DNA of 53,852 nucleotides, filler included, from Stramenopiles sp. TOSAG23-3 (lineage: Eukaryota), in the NCBI GenBank assembly GCA_900128585.1. It is 4 parts of 4 records of this genome, joined end to end, with 100 filler letters (N's around TTAATTAATTAA, not from the genome) between each part and the next. Parts side by side here need not be neighbours in the genome. Positions count along the whole stretch, not along the records: positions 1 to 24,746 come from LT642300.1; 3 more parts are not named here. The stretch is one strand, 5' to 3'. Made by a program: the position numbers and the translations under genes. How positions within the stretch are numbered: the first letter of the stretch is position 1; the number at the start of each line of letters is the position of its first letter. The notes under the pieces were generated by a model. The model was given only the letters and a program-made list of their open reading frames with translations. It had not been told where the DNA came from and did not search any database. Below, one piece after another: positions 1 to 11,359 of the stretch.

Positions 1-2
1 TG

Positions 3-3000
3 GTAGGCAAAGATGTCGTTGGATTGTCTGCCGGGTGCTACCACTCGGTTGCCGTCGCAAATTCGGGCGCGCTATACGTGTTTGGTAGAAACAATCATGG
101 ACAACTGGGGACAGGCGACGATGCGGAGCGCCATTCCCCATGGCTTATTGGGACGTTTACAGGCAAACGGGTAGCCATGGTCGCCGCTGGATTCTACCAC
201 ACTATAGTTCTCACAGGCTGTGCAATAGATTCGAACGGTGGCAAATCGGAAGAAGAAGATTCTTTGCCTCAATCTGCCGCGGGCCTGCTAGCCCTACCAC
301 GTTACAAATTACCAAAAACAAATGTGAACGCAGACCAGAAAACTCGCCAGAGTAGTCGGGGCAAAAACAGTAACCTAACCATGTCTCCCAAACCGCACGT
401 TGACCCGGAAAATCCAGGCCAGCAGCCTGTCTCCCCGTTTTCTCTTGCCAGTAGAAGTCCAACTACTCACCCAAATAGAATCAACAGTAGCGATGACCCC
501 GCTTGGAGAGACCCTGTAAATGACAACGAAGTCAGCAGTGTCGGTGTCTCTGCACTCAAGAGTAAATCGGCGTCAAACCCAGTGCTGTCTCCGGACCCGG
601 TTCAAATTGATCCAGAGCATGCTGCAATTTTTATTATGGGCCATTTGGACCGGCTTGCTGCGTCATATATACCACAGAAAGGGGACTACCCTTCTCTGTA
701 TTCCCCGCCATCGGCGCGCGTCAAGCCAAGCACAGAGGACAACAGTTTCGGTACGTACTGTGTCGATACTCGCCCCGAGACGTTCTCGCTGCTGCTGTCA
801 TTCTTCTCTTTAACTGGGGTCGCAGATGAAAACTGCGACGTTCAGAAATCAGTAAGACCCCAGGTTGTTCTTGCGTGCTTACGTCTGCTCCGTGCAAATT
901 TGGCCAAATTGATCCGATCGGGCCATGTGGGCAGTTCCTTGGAACCAATATTGTCTGCACTAAAAAGCAAAGTACTCGACATGATCCGCTCTCCCAGCGA
1001 AGTGATTGGTCAGGGGAATAAGACGCTTCCCGCGTCGGCATCGCAGATACTTACTGCAATTCAACGCGAATCTGCAGCTGTACTTATTGTCGGTCTGCAA
1101 CTATTTTATCCCAACGCAGATGATGTTGTAAGCTTATTTTCGGCCCTTATGGCGGCCATAAGTTCGCCTGAACTGCCAGTTTTAAGTAACGATGCAACCC
1201 CTTGCTCTGGGGCACTGGCGAACTTTTTGCTCTCTCCGCTGGCAAAGCGCCTACAAGAAGATAGCATGATTGTCTTCTTATTTATGAACCAAAATTTAGG
1301 CTCGTTGTCGGAAAATCCCGTGAAAAATCTCACCGCTGGAGACCAGCCTGTCACTATGCTTACGTCGGCTTTGCTTCGGCGCATAGCGGATGATGGGAAT
1401 GCGGCAGTGGTGGCTGCAATGCAAATGGCATCTCAAGAGGGTACATTCGACGAGGAAAGAGATTCGGCAAAATCTGAAAATGGAAAGAATGAAAACAGCA
1501 TCGACTTCATAGCACTGACTTTGGCTCTCCAAAAGCATATATTGAGTTTTGCAGGGAGAGATGCTTCCAAAATAGTGGAAGAAACTGAAACCATGAACGA
1601 AGACGTTTGCCTAAGCTACGTATTGGGGGAAGAAGGTCTGGGGGAAAAAGTGGAAGTTAAACTGAAAAAGCGCAGCAACGATATTGGGCTTGAAATATTA
1701 ATTGGGTATGCCCTTGAACTTGTCGAACGGTCGATGGAGATAGTAAATCAAATCGTAACGTGGTCTGAAGAGTCGCGGGGGACCCTTCAACCAGGCCCAG
1801 TGTGGAAGGCACTTCACGAAGGCCCTGTAGGACGGATCTTGCCCTCGTTGATGACAGGCCTGATACTGTTTACGAAGAATCATAGTTTTGCGCTAAAGTT
1901 TTTGTCCAGGTTTTCAAACATGCTTGCACTACTGGATCGACTGCTTGGTTTCAATGCGGATGTGCTTGCTTTTGAGCAAGCCCGCATGCAAAACTTAGAC
2001 GAAAGCTTCGATGGGCAACAAAATAATCATCGAAGAAAAAAGATGGATTTGCGAGTTGAAAGCGCTTCAAACTTGAGAGGGAAACCTTTTGAATGGATCG
2101 TGGATTTGGAGAAAACAATCGCTGTGTTGACTTCAAGAATGGCTGCAACGCTTTTGACTGGAGAAAGTCTTGTCGAAGGGAGGATGAAGACGTTCAAGAA
2201 GCACCCTTTTTTTCCTACAAAATCTATTTGCACGGGAGGTCTGGAGGATACCTTAATCAGGAACATACAAAGAGTTTCTCCGTTGGTTTCCTCATATGCT
2301 AGTTTTGGGGGACAGTTGGCTCGCGTCAATGAAGTCTTTTCAGCGGAGAAGCCGGTCGGGGTACCCGAAGCTGAAGATGAGGTCACACAAGTAATAAAAG
2401 GTTGGGTGAAAGGTCTGGGCTTGTGTAAATTAGAGAGGGACCAATTTATGAAGAAGTTTGTTGCGAAGAAGGATCCGGGCGTACAGAAACTTTTAGAGTG
2501 GGTCCGGGCTGGCTACACAAGACAAGACCCCCAATACCGAATGTCTATCCTTCAACTGCGACAGACCACTGATGTGGCAAATAGGGTGGACGAAGTAGAA
2601 CTTGCTGCTGCTGCTGCTACTTTTAAGCACGCTGGGTTGGTACCTGACATTATGCTCTATTACAAGCTGGCCTGCGGCAATGCTTTGGGGGCTCACATCG
2701 AGGTCCCAAAACGGTTCTTGTTGCTGTGGAAGGCACCTGCCAAAATCAGAAAGTATTTGTTGCTGGAACGATTGAAACTAATGAGAGAGTCGTCAGATGA
2801 GGTACCATTGATCGATCCTTTCTCTGACCTGTGCAGTAGTGCTTTGAAAGTTGCTAAGTGTATTCTTTGTTTCAAGGCCAGCAAGCAATGCACACGACAG
2901 CTCTCGTCACCCTCCGATCCAGGAACAGCGGGCTTTAGTGGCTCAAAATTGTGGATTCAAAATGCTAGTAATTGGAGATTCGACGGTCTGCCCTTTTTGC

Positions 3001-6000
3001 GTCGTCATCCGCGAAGCCGATGGCGGGGAGTTCGTACGCGTGTGTTCATATTAATACGGTGGCGTGCCCTGGCAAGGCAGTCGCGATGCTTGAGTTCTGA
3101 AAAAGTAGTCGAAGAGGTGCCGGAAATAGTTTGTGAAACGCTGTCGACGCCAAATTACAGTGCAGCAACACTTCTGTTTTCGGCAGTTGTTAGTTCGGAA
3201 GTTGCTGCATCCAGGGCAGCTGGTTTCTTTGCATTTGAAAGATTGGTTGATTCGGTACAACTGTCATCTTTGAAAGCGGAAATTATTCGCCCACTTGGAC
3301 CTGCATTAAGGGATTCGGCGGGAACAAGCGCGTTAATATTTAACCGCTTGAGTCTCAGCAATGACAAAGTCAGGCAAATTGTATGGCAAAATTTTTCATC
3401 TCTCTTCAAAAAATTAACCAAGATATTGCAGCAGTCGGCTTCAAAGATGGAGGGGATAAACGGAACCGATGCTCGGTTGATGAGTGTCATCATAGATGCG
3501 TGGGGGCTGGAAATAGGAAAGTCGTCATTGATTCAAAGGTTTTTGTCCAAATCGTCGCTTTTGAAAATCATTAGAGGCATAGCGTTCGGAGAACTGGGCG
3601 ATGCAGGAAGGGGAAAGGGGTCCACTAAAGATGGTGAAGAGTTGACTCCACTCTGGTGCACAAACCCGACAGTTTTGCCGCGAAATACCATTCAGCACAA
3701 CCACTTGTACTCATGGGTACCGTTTGTTCGCGAGTGCGCGTGGCGATTGTACCGTTTTCTGATTTTGCAATTAGGCGTTGATTCAAAAACGGTGGTGGCG
3801 GACTACTTGGAAAACCATGTTTCTAAAGGCAACAAACCCATTTTATCTCCCGACTCAATTATATTTGATATGTTTTACAAAGACACGTGTGAAATGTTTC
3901 GAAAATTTCTAAGTCAGAAAGAAAAAGCTTTGAAAAATGCGAAAGTCCCATCCAGTCTGCGCGCAGACAACACATCCACCACTATTGACTCTGGAACGCC
4001 CCCCCAGTATCCCAGGATGGCACATAGTCAAGACATTATTGATTATCCACATTACTTGTCCTCTGGGGAGAGCGGCCTTGTCGTTCCTGGTACCAAAGTC
4101 TTGCCCAACTCGAGCACTGGTGATTTCAGTTTAACATTTTGGACTCTTCTTACACAGGATGCTACGGGTGAAAGCCGTATAATCATGTTGAGGGGCAGTC
4201 ACAGTGATTTTAGTCCCTTGATTGCACTGAATGCAAACGATCGGACCATTGAAGTCACCATCTCTCAAAAAAACAGCAATACTTCCGCAGGTTCGACGCA
4301 AGAGAGACTGCCGTCCAAGTCATCATTACCTCTTCACAAATGGACGCACATTGCCGTTGTTTCAGAAGCAGCTCAACTACGGTTGTACATAAATGGTGTC
4401 CTGGACGCTCAACGCACCAATTACACTGGCGTATACAGAAAGTCAAACTCTACGCGATTTCCCATTTATGTTGGAAAGCTCCCAGATTCAAATGCCCTGG
4501 TAGGATCGCCTTACAGGGATGGAATGGAGGGCGCCATTGCAAAGCTGCGTTACCATTCGAGGGCGCTGTCTCCAATCCATGTCCGTGTGGACTGTGAAAA
4601 GGGTCTCCCTGTACAGGAAATGGTATCGGACGAGCAATGTTACCAAATGTGCCTTCTTATGTGGCTTAGCTCACAGTCTTCGCACTGCTTGGGGTTCCTG
4701 TCGCAACAGCGCTGGCTGCAGATCCTTTTTGATCTCTTGCAAAATGGAACGCATAGGCTTCGCCAAACAGCGACACGGTTGTTGCGTGTCATTGTTCCGG
4801 TCGTTAATGCCGACGCATTGGTGGAAATCTTTGGGACTTCAAAAGCGGCCGCTGCGCACGGGGTTATCGATCGTTTTCTTGATATTGCTGGCAAGGGTTT
4901 GTGGCACTTTCAACCAAATCCTAATTCTTCTGGTCCGACGTTTAACGTTGCCAGCGCTTCATATGGAACGAAGGTATCATCTGCGGAAATAACCAACTTC
5001 ACATATAATTTTAGTTCTGAAGTAATAAATATGCTTCGCCGGCTGGCAGCTAGCAATCTTTGGGGGGAGTACATAAAATCATCACTGGTTGCGTCACTAA
5101 AATCTCTTCGCGATTGCTTTAGCTGCACAGTTACGCCTGAGGAGTCCGACCAAATTTATACTCGCGGATTGGCCGCAATAGCCGTCCTTGGTGGGCACAT
5201 CGAAAGCCTAAGAATTGGTGGTCGGGTTTCCTTGTCACACACAAATTTATCGGCCACTGTGTTGTCGTTTGACTGCGATATAAACACGGCTGCTGCAATA
5301 CAATCGGCTACTTCATCCCACATTGCAATGATTGAAACGCACGAGCAGAAGAGCAGCAACACCAATGTTCTCAAGGCAGTACGAATGAACACTGAAGAAT
5401 TGAGGGCTGTTCCCGAGACAGATTGCCCTTACGATTCGCGTTCATTCGAAGGAATATCAAACGCTACAGTCGATGCGCTGCTGCCTCTACTCAAGAGATA
5501 CTCTGAGACCGAGGCAGGGCTGATTGATCCTCTTTCAGCAATTACTTTTAGTAGCACCCTGAAGTCTATTTGTGGTATGCTGCATTCTGTGCAAGGCATC
5601 AAGACTGCTGGCGGTATACTGGAACGTGGGTTGCTGAAATATTTGATGAAAATTGCCGTGAACACCGAAGTGGACAGTGCCATGGAGAAAGACCAGAGCG
5701 ACGGGTCGGTTACGGCATTAGAGGTTCTGGAGTGCAAGGCCGTACAGTTGCGACAGCGTTTGTTTCAGATCCAGAACAAGATTACTGAGGGCATCATCAC
5801 CAAGGATTCAGAGCCGGAGAAAACTAAGATTGTTGACCAGAAAGGCGAGGTACCAACAGTCCCGGCATCTGATAACAACGTAAGTGAAATGGAAAAGGTA
5901 GATCTAACTCATTTGGACCTTGCTTCAGACGACAATCCTGCAGAGGAGGGCTTCCCATCCGCATACAGCATGGACACATCACAGTCCGACAAATCACTGG

Positions 6001-9000
6001 CGAGCGTTGCTGTGCAAGACACCATCATGAACCCACCTACAGCTATGGTAGATGAACTTATGGCTATGGGGTTTCCGGAAGAATGGTGCGTCACTGCACT
6101 CCGAGAGAACGACAATGACATGGTTAGTGCGTCGACATGGATTGTTGACAACCTAGACATGTTAAGCCAGCTGAGGCACGAAGATTGTGAAGACGGTGAG
6201 GAGGACGAAGATGACGATGAAGAGGACGAAGACGATGTTAACGACAGTCTTGCAGGCACAGGTATGGTGCAGCAAGAGTCGCCTGCAATCGATCGCAACT
6301 ACCAGTCCCGGGAGAGATTGGATCTGTTTGAAGAGAGCTTTTTTCCCAGTGACCTAACCCAAGAATCTCCGCAGTATGGCGCGTCCTGGTACGATGGCAC
6401 TTCGTCTAGTACATTTGGGGTTCGCCAAACAAAGCTGGCGACAATTGCATCTCAAATTTCTGCTGTCAAACGAAAGGACGTCGAAGGGATGTTCCTCCAA
6501 GTAGAAAATCTCCTTTCGTCGTTATATGCACAGCATATTGTGTTAGATGTCCTAAAATTATGGTTGGCCAATCGACAATCGAACAGTACTAATACTGTAG
6601 GCTTAGATTTTCAAAACCTGGGGAACTCAGACGTGCTGTTGAATTTTTTAAAATTTTCATTTTCACGCCGTTCGTTAATAAAAAAATGCGATGTTGTCGT
6701 CCCCTTGAAAGTAAACTCTTCGGTTGTGATCGACAAACTGAAGCAGCCGGGGATGCAAAAAATGTTAAAAATTGTAATCATACAGTTGCTCCTGGACACT
6801 TCCAAGGAAGTTGAGGACAAGAACTTGTTCAATTGCATTATAGAGCGTGCTGTGAAGGAGTTTGAGAACACACTTCTCTACTTGGACACCGACATCGTTC
6901 CTACTGATTCGCAAGGCTTCGGCGCGCCGTGTGTTGCGTTTGGGCATTGGCTGATCAGTGTGATTTTGGACTTTCGCGACCAGCCTGGCACACTGAAGTA
7001 CACTGAAAGCCTCTTTCTTGTCCTGTTGAAGTGCTCTGCCTCGTCCAACTTCCGGATGAACGGAATCATGTACAGCCTCTTGTCGAAAATGTTGTATCAA
7101 ACTGTTGAGCAAATGAAATCAAGCGATCCTGGATCGGATCAACTGGCGCTATACCGAAATCGTCTGTCGGGGTGGGCAAGTTCCCTGTCTGCCATAAAAC
7201 TATTAAACCTAGCCGAGACACGTCTACAGAAGGAAAGAGAGAACGGGCGCTTGCTTCTGTCCGTTTACCTTCAGCGGATCGTAAATGTTAACGTAGCCAT
7301 CAGTGAAGCCATGGAGGCTTTGAGCATATCCGATCAGTCCGAACCAAAGCCCGAAGACATGAGCGAAACGAGTGACGAGCCAAAAGTTATAGAAAAGTTC
7401 ACCTTCGACCGCCTGCACTGTGGTCCAAGCATAGATATCAGTGAAAACGGCCTTAGCGCAACCTTCAGTAGCAGCGAAAGCTGGTCGACCGTTTTGGGAA
7501 ATGTAGGGCTCATGGTCGGTAAAAACTCATGGGAAATCCATATCGAGCGATCTCCCACAGCGTACTTATTTGTCGGCATAGCTACAAAAGATGCTAATTT
7601 GTCCACATTTTTGGGAGGCGATGATCACGGGTGGGGATACATTGGTGACCGAGCCCTCTATCACAAAAGAAATAAGGTTAAGCTGTACGGTGAAAGATTT
7701 GGACAGGGTGACACAGTCGGTGTAACTCTGGATATGGACGAAGGTACGCTATCGTTCTCAAAGAATGGCGAAGACTTGGGTGTAGCAATACAGAATTTGT
7801 CCGGTGTTTTGTTCCCAGCGGTTGCATTTTACAATCGTGGCCAGCAGGTGTCTTTGCTGCCCCACAGCTTCTCTTTACCAGGAGCTGGTATGGACATTCC
7901 AGGATCGCCTTCAAGCATCAAGCTGAGCAAAATTGTTAAGGCTGGACTTTTGATGCGAAACTTTGCGCTAGGAAGAAAGTTTACGAAGAGCATGGTGCAC
8001 GACATGTATTTGTCCTATAAAAAATGGTACTACAGCGAAACGGTGAGGCACTGCACCCAGTCAGGATTTGATCTGCAACTCGATACGTCTCGAGAGGCGT
8101 TGAAAGTGTTTGGTTTCTCAGCAGGAGAGCAAATAGCAACGGTGTGTGGGGTTGCAACGGTCGTAGGGGTTTCTCAAGGCCGCCTATGGCGTTCTATTGA
8201 AGACGATGACCGGGGAATATGGTTCTTCTCCACGCGAGAGTTAGGGGGGGAGAAAGCAGCCATTGCCGGCGTGGAAGAGGGCGAGAGGAAAGAGGTGGCT
8301 GGGACAAGCAAGAAGGTGCGGCCTGCGGGGTGTGAGAGTGTATCGGAGAAGAGTGCCGACTGTGACGGCCGCTTGGTTTCACTGTCGCAGAGTTTGCCTG
8401 TCCTCGACTTCGAGACATTTGCCAAGCACACTTTCGCCCGCGTAAACGTAGGGGGCTCCCAATCGCTCGACGCAGTGCTGGTCACGGTAGTGAACGAATT
8501 TTGCTTTGCTGGCGGAGAAGATATTGTGCCGTGGAACATTACCCCGAAGCAAATTTTTGAAGACATCATGCCGTCCATGAAGAAACGCCTATTATCTATT
8601 CGTAGCAAGGAAGACAAAGTACCAAAGGTTTTTCGTCAGGAGAGTGCCTCCAGGGAAAGTGACAGTCTAGATTTTGGGCTAATTAGTGCCAGGTTTGCAC
8701 TTCTCCGGGTCCTAAACGACTACGTGATTGGTCTTTTTCCGTTTGCGGACATGTCAGGCGAGTACGAAAAGCCACTTTTATGCAACGAATTCCTGCCCGA
8801 AAATAGTCGACAAAACGGCGTGCACGGTTTTAACATTGGCCGTACGCTGGGAAAGTTGCGTGGCTGTATCTTCCTCTCGTCAAAGCGCGCCCAACTAAAC
8901 ACGGCCATTAGGCGCACCACGACGCGAGCCAAGAAAGCTGAAGACGACTACGACTACCCCGAGGACTTGCCGCAGGTCGTTTTGAACCGGCCGAAGGCTG

Positions 9001-10283
9001 TACTTGCTCGCGATAAGTTGGACTCTGAAACCAGACTGAGTTACTCTGTATTCGGCCAATCCTTTGACGAATTGCACTTTCTGGAACCATCGTCATTGCG
9101 CATGGGGTATACCCACCCTATGGACGACGGGCAAGAACGGACCTTCAAGGTCAAGTTCGAAGGAGAGGGTGTGGACGACTACGGCGGGCCGTACCGTGAA
9201 TTTTTCTCTCAGATTATTGAGGAGCTTCAGGGTCTCAAGACAAAAGAAGAGGGGGATCAGGATGTCTCGTGCGTTTTGCCCTTATTGCTTCCATCGCCAA
9301 ACCAGCGAAAGGGTGTTGGAGAGAACCAGCAGCACTTTGTGCTCAACCCGGGCACTGTTCGATCGTTTTCTGGCAGCGCGCCGCTGTACGTGGAAATGTA
9401 CAACTTTCTTGGACAAGTCATTGGGATTGCCCTTCGAAGTCGGGTGCACTTGGCGCTAGCGTTCCCTTCCATACTGTGGAAGGTAATGGTTTCGTCCCCC
9501 CTGGAGTGGGATGACCTGTCCAATTTTGATGACAGCGTATGTGCTATTCTAAAAGGTTTGTTGCGTTTGGTAACGAACCAAGATGATTCAGTATCGCAGA
9601 CGGCGACCGACATCTTGAATGAGCTGGGGTGGGAAACCAGGCTGAGCGACGGTTCCGTGGCCCAGTTGCGGATCGACCACGACACTGGGGACAAGCAAGT
9701 TGCCGGCAATTTTGCTGTGTTTAAAGACGTTGTCCAGTATGCCATCCTGGTCGTCCAATGCCGCTTGACGGAGTCTGAACCCGCGATGCGCGCGCTCCGC
9801 GAAGGGCTCCTCTCGGTCGTTCCAGCTGCCGTGCTTCCACTGCTGACTTGGAGCGAACTGGAGGTGACCGTCTGCGGACGAGAAGAAATTGATGTAGAAC
9901 TCTTGAAGAGCAACACAGAGTACGATGACGATGTGTCCCCAGAAGACGAGCACATAAAATGGATGTGGGAAATTTTGGACGAGTGGGGGCACGAACACAG
10001 GCGCGCGTTCTTGCGCTTCGTTTGGGCCCGTGCCCACCTACCGCCTACCGCGAAGGAATTCAAGCAGCGTTTCAAAGTCCAGGCCCTCGTCGGTGACGGT
10101 CCACGGAACACGCCGGACAAGTTCCTTCCAAAAGCCCACACCTGTTTCTTCTCTATCAACCTGCCGCGATATACGAACAAAGAGACCATGGCGAAGCGTT
10201 TGATGTATGCCATTTACAATTGTGTAGAGATGGACGCGGACTTTAGGCTTACGGGCAACGAAAGCACCGGTTGGACGCTTTGA
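3..10283 (+). CDS. Giant HERC-type HECT E3 ubiquitin ligase (RCC1 repeats, LamG/concanavalin-like, UBA, SPRY, HECT); 5'-truncated
   Basis: Frame is open from the window start. RCC1 repeats (AGCYHSVA, GRNNHGQLGTGD, AAGFYHT); LamG-like WTHIAVV..LRLYINGVLD; UBA VDELMAMGFPEEWC; SPRY GDTVGVTLDMDEGTLSFSKNG; HECT FEGEGVDDYGGPYRE and catalytic LPKAHTCFF (Cys codon at 10143). Confidence 0.95.
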   Translation, partial: VGKDVVGLSAGCYHSVAVANSGALYVFGRNNHGQLGTGDDAERHSPWLIGTFTGKRVAMVAAGFYHTIVLTGCAIDSNGGKSEEEDSLPQSAAGLLALPRYKLPKTNVNADQKTRQSSRGKNSNLTMSPKPHVDPENPGQQPVSPFSLASRSPTTHPNRINSSDDPAWRDPVNDNEVSSVGVSALKSKSASNPVLSPDPVQIDPEHAAIFIMGHLDRLAASYIPQKGDYPSLYSPPSARVKPSTEDNSFGTYCVDTRPETFSLLLSFFSLTGVADENCDVQKSVRPQVVLACLRLLRANLAKLIRSGHVGSSLEPILSALKSKVLDMIRSPSEVIGQGNKTLPASASQILTAIQRESAAVLIVGLQLFYPNADDVVSLFSALMAAISSPELPVLSNDATPCSGALANFLLSPLAKRLQEDSMIVFLFMNQNLGSLSENPVKNLTAGDQPVTMLTSALLRRIADDGNAAVVAAMQMASQEGTFDEERDSAKSENGKNENSIDFIALTLALQKHILSFAGRDASKIVEETETMNEDVCLSYVLGEEGLGEKVEVKLKKRSNDIGLEILIGYALELVERSMEIVNQIVTWSEESRGTLQPGPVWKALHEGPVGRILPSLMTGLILFTKNHSFALKFLSRFSNMLALLDRLLGFNADVLAFEQARMQNLDESFDGQQNNHRRKKMDLRVESASNLRGKPFEWIVDLEKTIAVLTSRMAATLLTGESLVEGRMKTFKKHPFFPTKSICTGGLEDTLIRNIQRVSPLVSSYASFGGQLARVNEVFSAEKPVGVPEAEDEVTQVIKGWVKGLGLCKLERDQFMKKFVAKKDPGVQKLLEWVRAGYTRQDPQYRMSILQLRQTTDVANRVDEVELAAAAATFKHAGLVPDIMLYYKLACGNALGAHIEVPKRFLLLWKAPAKIRKYLLLERLKLMRESSDEVPLIDPFSDLCSSALKVAKCILCFKASKQCTRQLSSPSDPGTAGFSGSKLWIQNASNWRFDGLPFLRRHPRSRWRGVRTRVFILIRWRALARQSRCLSSEKVVEEVPEIVCETLSTPNYSAATLLFSAVVSSEVAASRAAGFFAFERLVDSVQLSSLKAEIIRPLGPALRDSAGTSALIFNRLSLSNDKVRQIVWQNFSSLFKKLTKILQQSASKMEGINGTDARLMSVIIDAWGLEIGKSSLIQRFLSKSSLLKIIRGIAFGELGDAGRGKGSTKDGEELTPLWCTNPTVLPRNTIQHNHLYSWVPFVRECAWRLYRFLILQLGVDSKTVVADYLENHVSKGNKPILSPDSIIFDMFYKDTCEMFRKFLSQKEKALKNAKVPSSLRADNTSTTIDSGTPPQYPRMAHSQDIIDYPHYLSSGESGLVVPGTKVLPNSSTGDFSLTFWTLLTQDATGESRIIMLRGSHSDFSPLIALNANDRTIEVTISQKNSNTSAGSTQERLPSKSSLPLHKWTHIAVVSEAAQLRLYINGVLDAQRTNYTGVYRKSNSTRFPIYVGKLPDSNALVGSPYRDGMEGAIAKLRYHSRALSPIHVRVDCEKGLPVQEMVSDEQCYQMCLLMWLSSQSSHCLGFLSQQRWLQILFDLLQNGTHRLRQTATRLLRVIVPVVNADALVEIFGTSKAAAAHGVIDRFLDIAGKGLWHFQPNPNSSGPTFNVASASYGTKVSSAEITNFTYNFSSEVINMLRRLAASNLWGEYIKSSLVASLKSLRDCFSCTVTPEESDQIYTRGLAAIAVLGGHIESLRIGGRVSLSHTNLSATVLSFDCDINTAAAIQSATSSHIAMIETHEQKSSNTNVLKAVRMNTEELRAVPETDCPYDSRSFEGISNATVDALLPLLKRYSETEAGLIDPLSAITFSSTLKSICGMLHSVQGIKTAGGILERGLLKYLMKIAVNTEVDSAMEKDQSDGSVTALEVLECKAVQLRQRLFQIQNKITEGIITKDSEPEKTKIVDQKGEVPTVPASDNNVSEMEKVDLTHLDLASDDNPAEEGFPSAYSMDTSQSDKSLASVAVQDTIMNPPTAMVDELMAMGFPEEWCVTALRENDNDMVSASTWIVDNLDMLSQLRHEDCEDGEEDEDDDEEDEDDVNDSLAGTGMVQQESPAIDRNYQSRERLDLFEESFFPSDLTQESPQYGASWYDGTSSSTFGVRQTKLATIASQISAVKRKDVEGMFLQVENLLSSLYAQHIVLDVLKLWLANRQSNSTNTVGLDFQNLGNSDVLLNFLKFSFSRRSLIKKCDVVVPLKVNSSVVIDKLKQPGMQKMLKIVIIQLLLDTSKEVEDKNLFNCIIERAVKEFENTLLYLDTDIVPTDSQGFGAPCVAFGHWLISVILDFRDQPGTLKYTESLFLVLLKCSASSNFRMNGIMYSLLSKMLYQTVEQMKSSDPGSDQLALYRNRLSGWASSLSAIKLLNLAETRLQKERENGRLLLSVYLQRIVNVNVAISEAMEALSISDQSEPKPEDMSETSDEPKVIEKFTFDRLHCGPSIDISENGLSATFSSSESWSTVLGNVGLMVGKNSWEIHIERSPTAYLFVGIATKDANLSTFLGGDDHGWGYIGDRALYHKRNKVKLYGERFGQGDTVGVTLDMDEGTLSFSKNGEDLGVAIQNLSGVLFPAVAFYNRGQQVSLLPHSFSLPGAGMDIPGSPSSIKLSKIVKAGLLMRNFALGRKFTKSMVHDMYLSYKKWYYSETVRHCTQSGFDLQLDTSREALKVFGFSAGEQIATVCGVATVVGVSQGRLWRSIEDDDRGIWFFSTRELGGEKAAIAGVEEGERKEVAGTSKKVRPAGCESVSEKSADCDGRLVSLSQSLPVLDFETFAKHTFARVNVGGSQSLDAVLVTVVNEFCFAGGEDIVPWNITPKQIFEDIMPSMKKRLLSIRSKEDKVPKVFRQESASRESDSLDFGLISARFALLRVLNDYVIGLFPFADMSGEYEKPLLCNEFLPENSRQNGVHGFNIGRTLGKLRGCIFLSSKRAQLNTAIRRTTTRAKKAEDDYDYPEDLPQVVLNRPKAVLARDKLDSETRLSYSVFGQSFDELHFLEPSSLRMGYTHPMDDGQERTFKVKFEGEGVDDYGGPYREFFSQIIEELQGLKTKEEGDQDVSCVLPLLLPSPNQRKGVGENQQHFVLNPGTVRSFSGSAPLYVEMYNFLGQVIGIALRSRVHLALAFPSILWKVMVSSPLEWDDLSNFDDSVCAILKGLLRLVTNQDDSVSQTATDILNELGWETRLSDGSVAQLRIDHDTGDKQVAGNFAVFKDVVQYAILVVQCRLTESEPAMRALREGLLSVVPAAVLPLLTWSELEVTVCGREEIDVELLKSNTEYDDDVSPEDEHIKWMWEILDEWGHEHRRAFLRFVWARAHLPPTAKEFKQRFKVQALVGDGPRNTPDKFLPKAHTCFFSINLPRYTNKETMAKRLMYAIYNCVEMDADFRLTGNESTGWTL

Positions 10284-10580
10284 AGAGGGGAAGGGAGAAG
10301 GTGTGTGTCGATAATGAAAACTCTTAGGAGTAGAAACAAAATAGGAATTCGTACGCTATGATAAGTTAATATGAGTGTGTTAAATTTAAAGAAGATATTT
10401 ATCATAACTTATTGATATGACAGGAGTAAATTTATCCTTACGAGACTCTTGAATTTATTCTAATTCTTATGATTTGCTGTACACTAAACATTTGTATTAC
10501 ATGTTTGTAGCTATGTCATCAATTTTCCCGGGCGGCTAACAACGCGGCTCGCCTGTGTACTCCGCCTCGGCGTTGCCATT

Positions 10581-11090
10581 TCAATTGTCGAACTCAACAT
10601 ACAGCTCCTCATCAAACTCTTCCTCCACGTTTTCTGTTGCTGGCACTTCATCCCCAAACATTTCTTCGTCCGTGAGTTTCTCTCGTAGATAATGTGCTTC
10701 CCATGGAATTTGGGTGCACTTAGCCTTGAGCCAACCGTTGTCCTGGCATACACCGTTCTTGTAGCTGTACCAATTCTCTTTCGGTGGTCCACAGTCACTA
10801 CAGTCTTCGTTTTTACACATACTTATGTACACTTCGTTCGTGAATGGGTCGCACAGGTATTGCTCGTTTTCCTTGTGACCATAATTTACACAAGAGCCTA
10901 TATTTGCCTCTCCCTTACTGCACCCGGACTTATCCGAATACACAAAAATATCAGCCAACATCCATACCCCGTGAACGCTAAAATCATCTGACTGGAGGTC
11001 GGTTTCGCTCGGCGCTGCACCCGAATGCGATAGGGCCGCCGCAAGGCACAGAACAATGCTTGCGCAAATTTTTCGCCATGGGCCCGCCAT
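10581..11090 (-). CDS. Secreted cysteine-rich protein with acidic tail, unknown function (169 aa)
   Basis: ATG start, hydrophobic signal peptide (ICASIVLCLAAALSHSGA), 8 Cys in the mature part, D/E-rich C-terminus; coding-like GC flanked by AT-rich DNA. Confidence 0.8.
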   Translation of the reverse strand: MAGPWRKICASIVLCLAAALSHSGAAPSETDLQSDDFSVHGVWMLADIFVYSDKSGCSKGEANIGSCVNYGHKENEQYLCDPFTNEVYISMCKNEDCSDCGPPKENWYSYKNGVCQDNGWLKAKCTQIPWEAHYLREKLTDEEMFGDEVPATENVEEEFDEELYVEFDN

Positions 11091-11359
11091 GCCTCTTCCG
11101 TCAGAAGTTCAGTGAATAATTAAAGACAATTCCGCAGTAAACTGTATCGTTTCGATGGTCACATTTACAAATTTGAAAGAAATAAAAATATCTCCCGAAA
11201 AAAACATACTTTATATTGATTTTGATGAATTTTACATGATGATGAAGAACAACACGGAAGAAGAAAATGAAAGAAACACAAAAAAATAATATTATTATAT
11301 AATAAGAGATACCACACCACCCAAAAATAATAATAATAATAATAAATATTATTAAAAAA

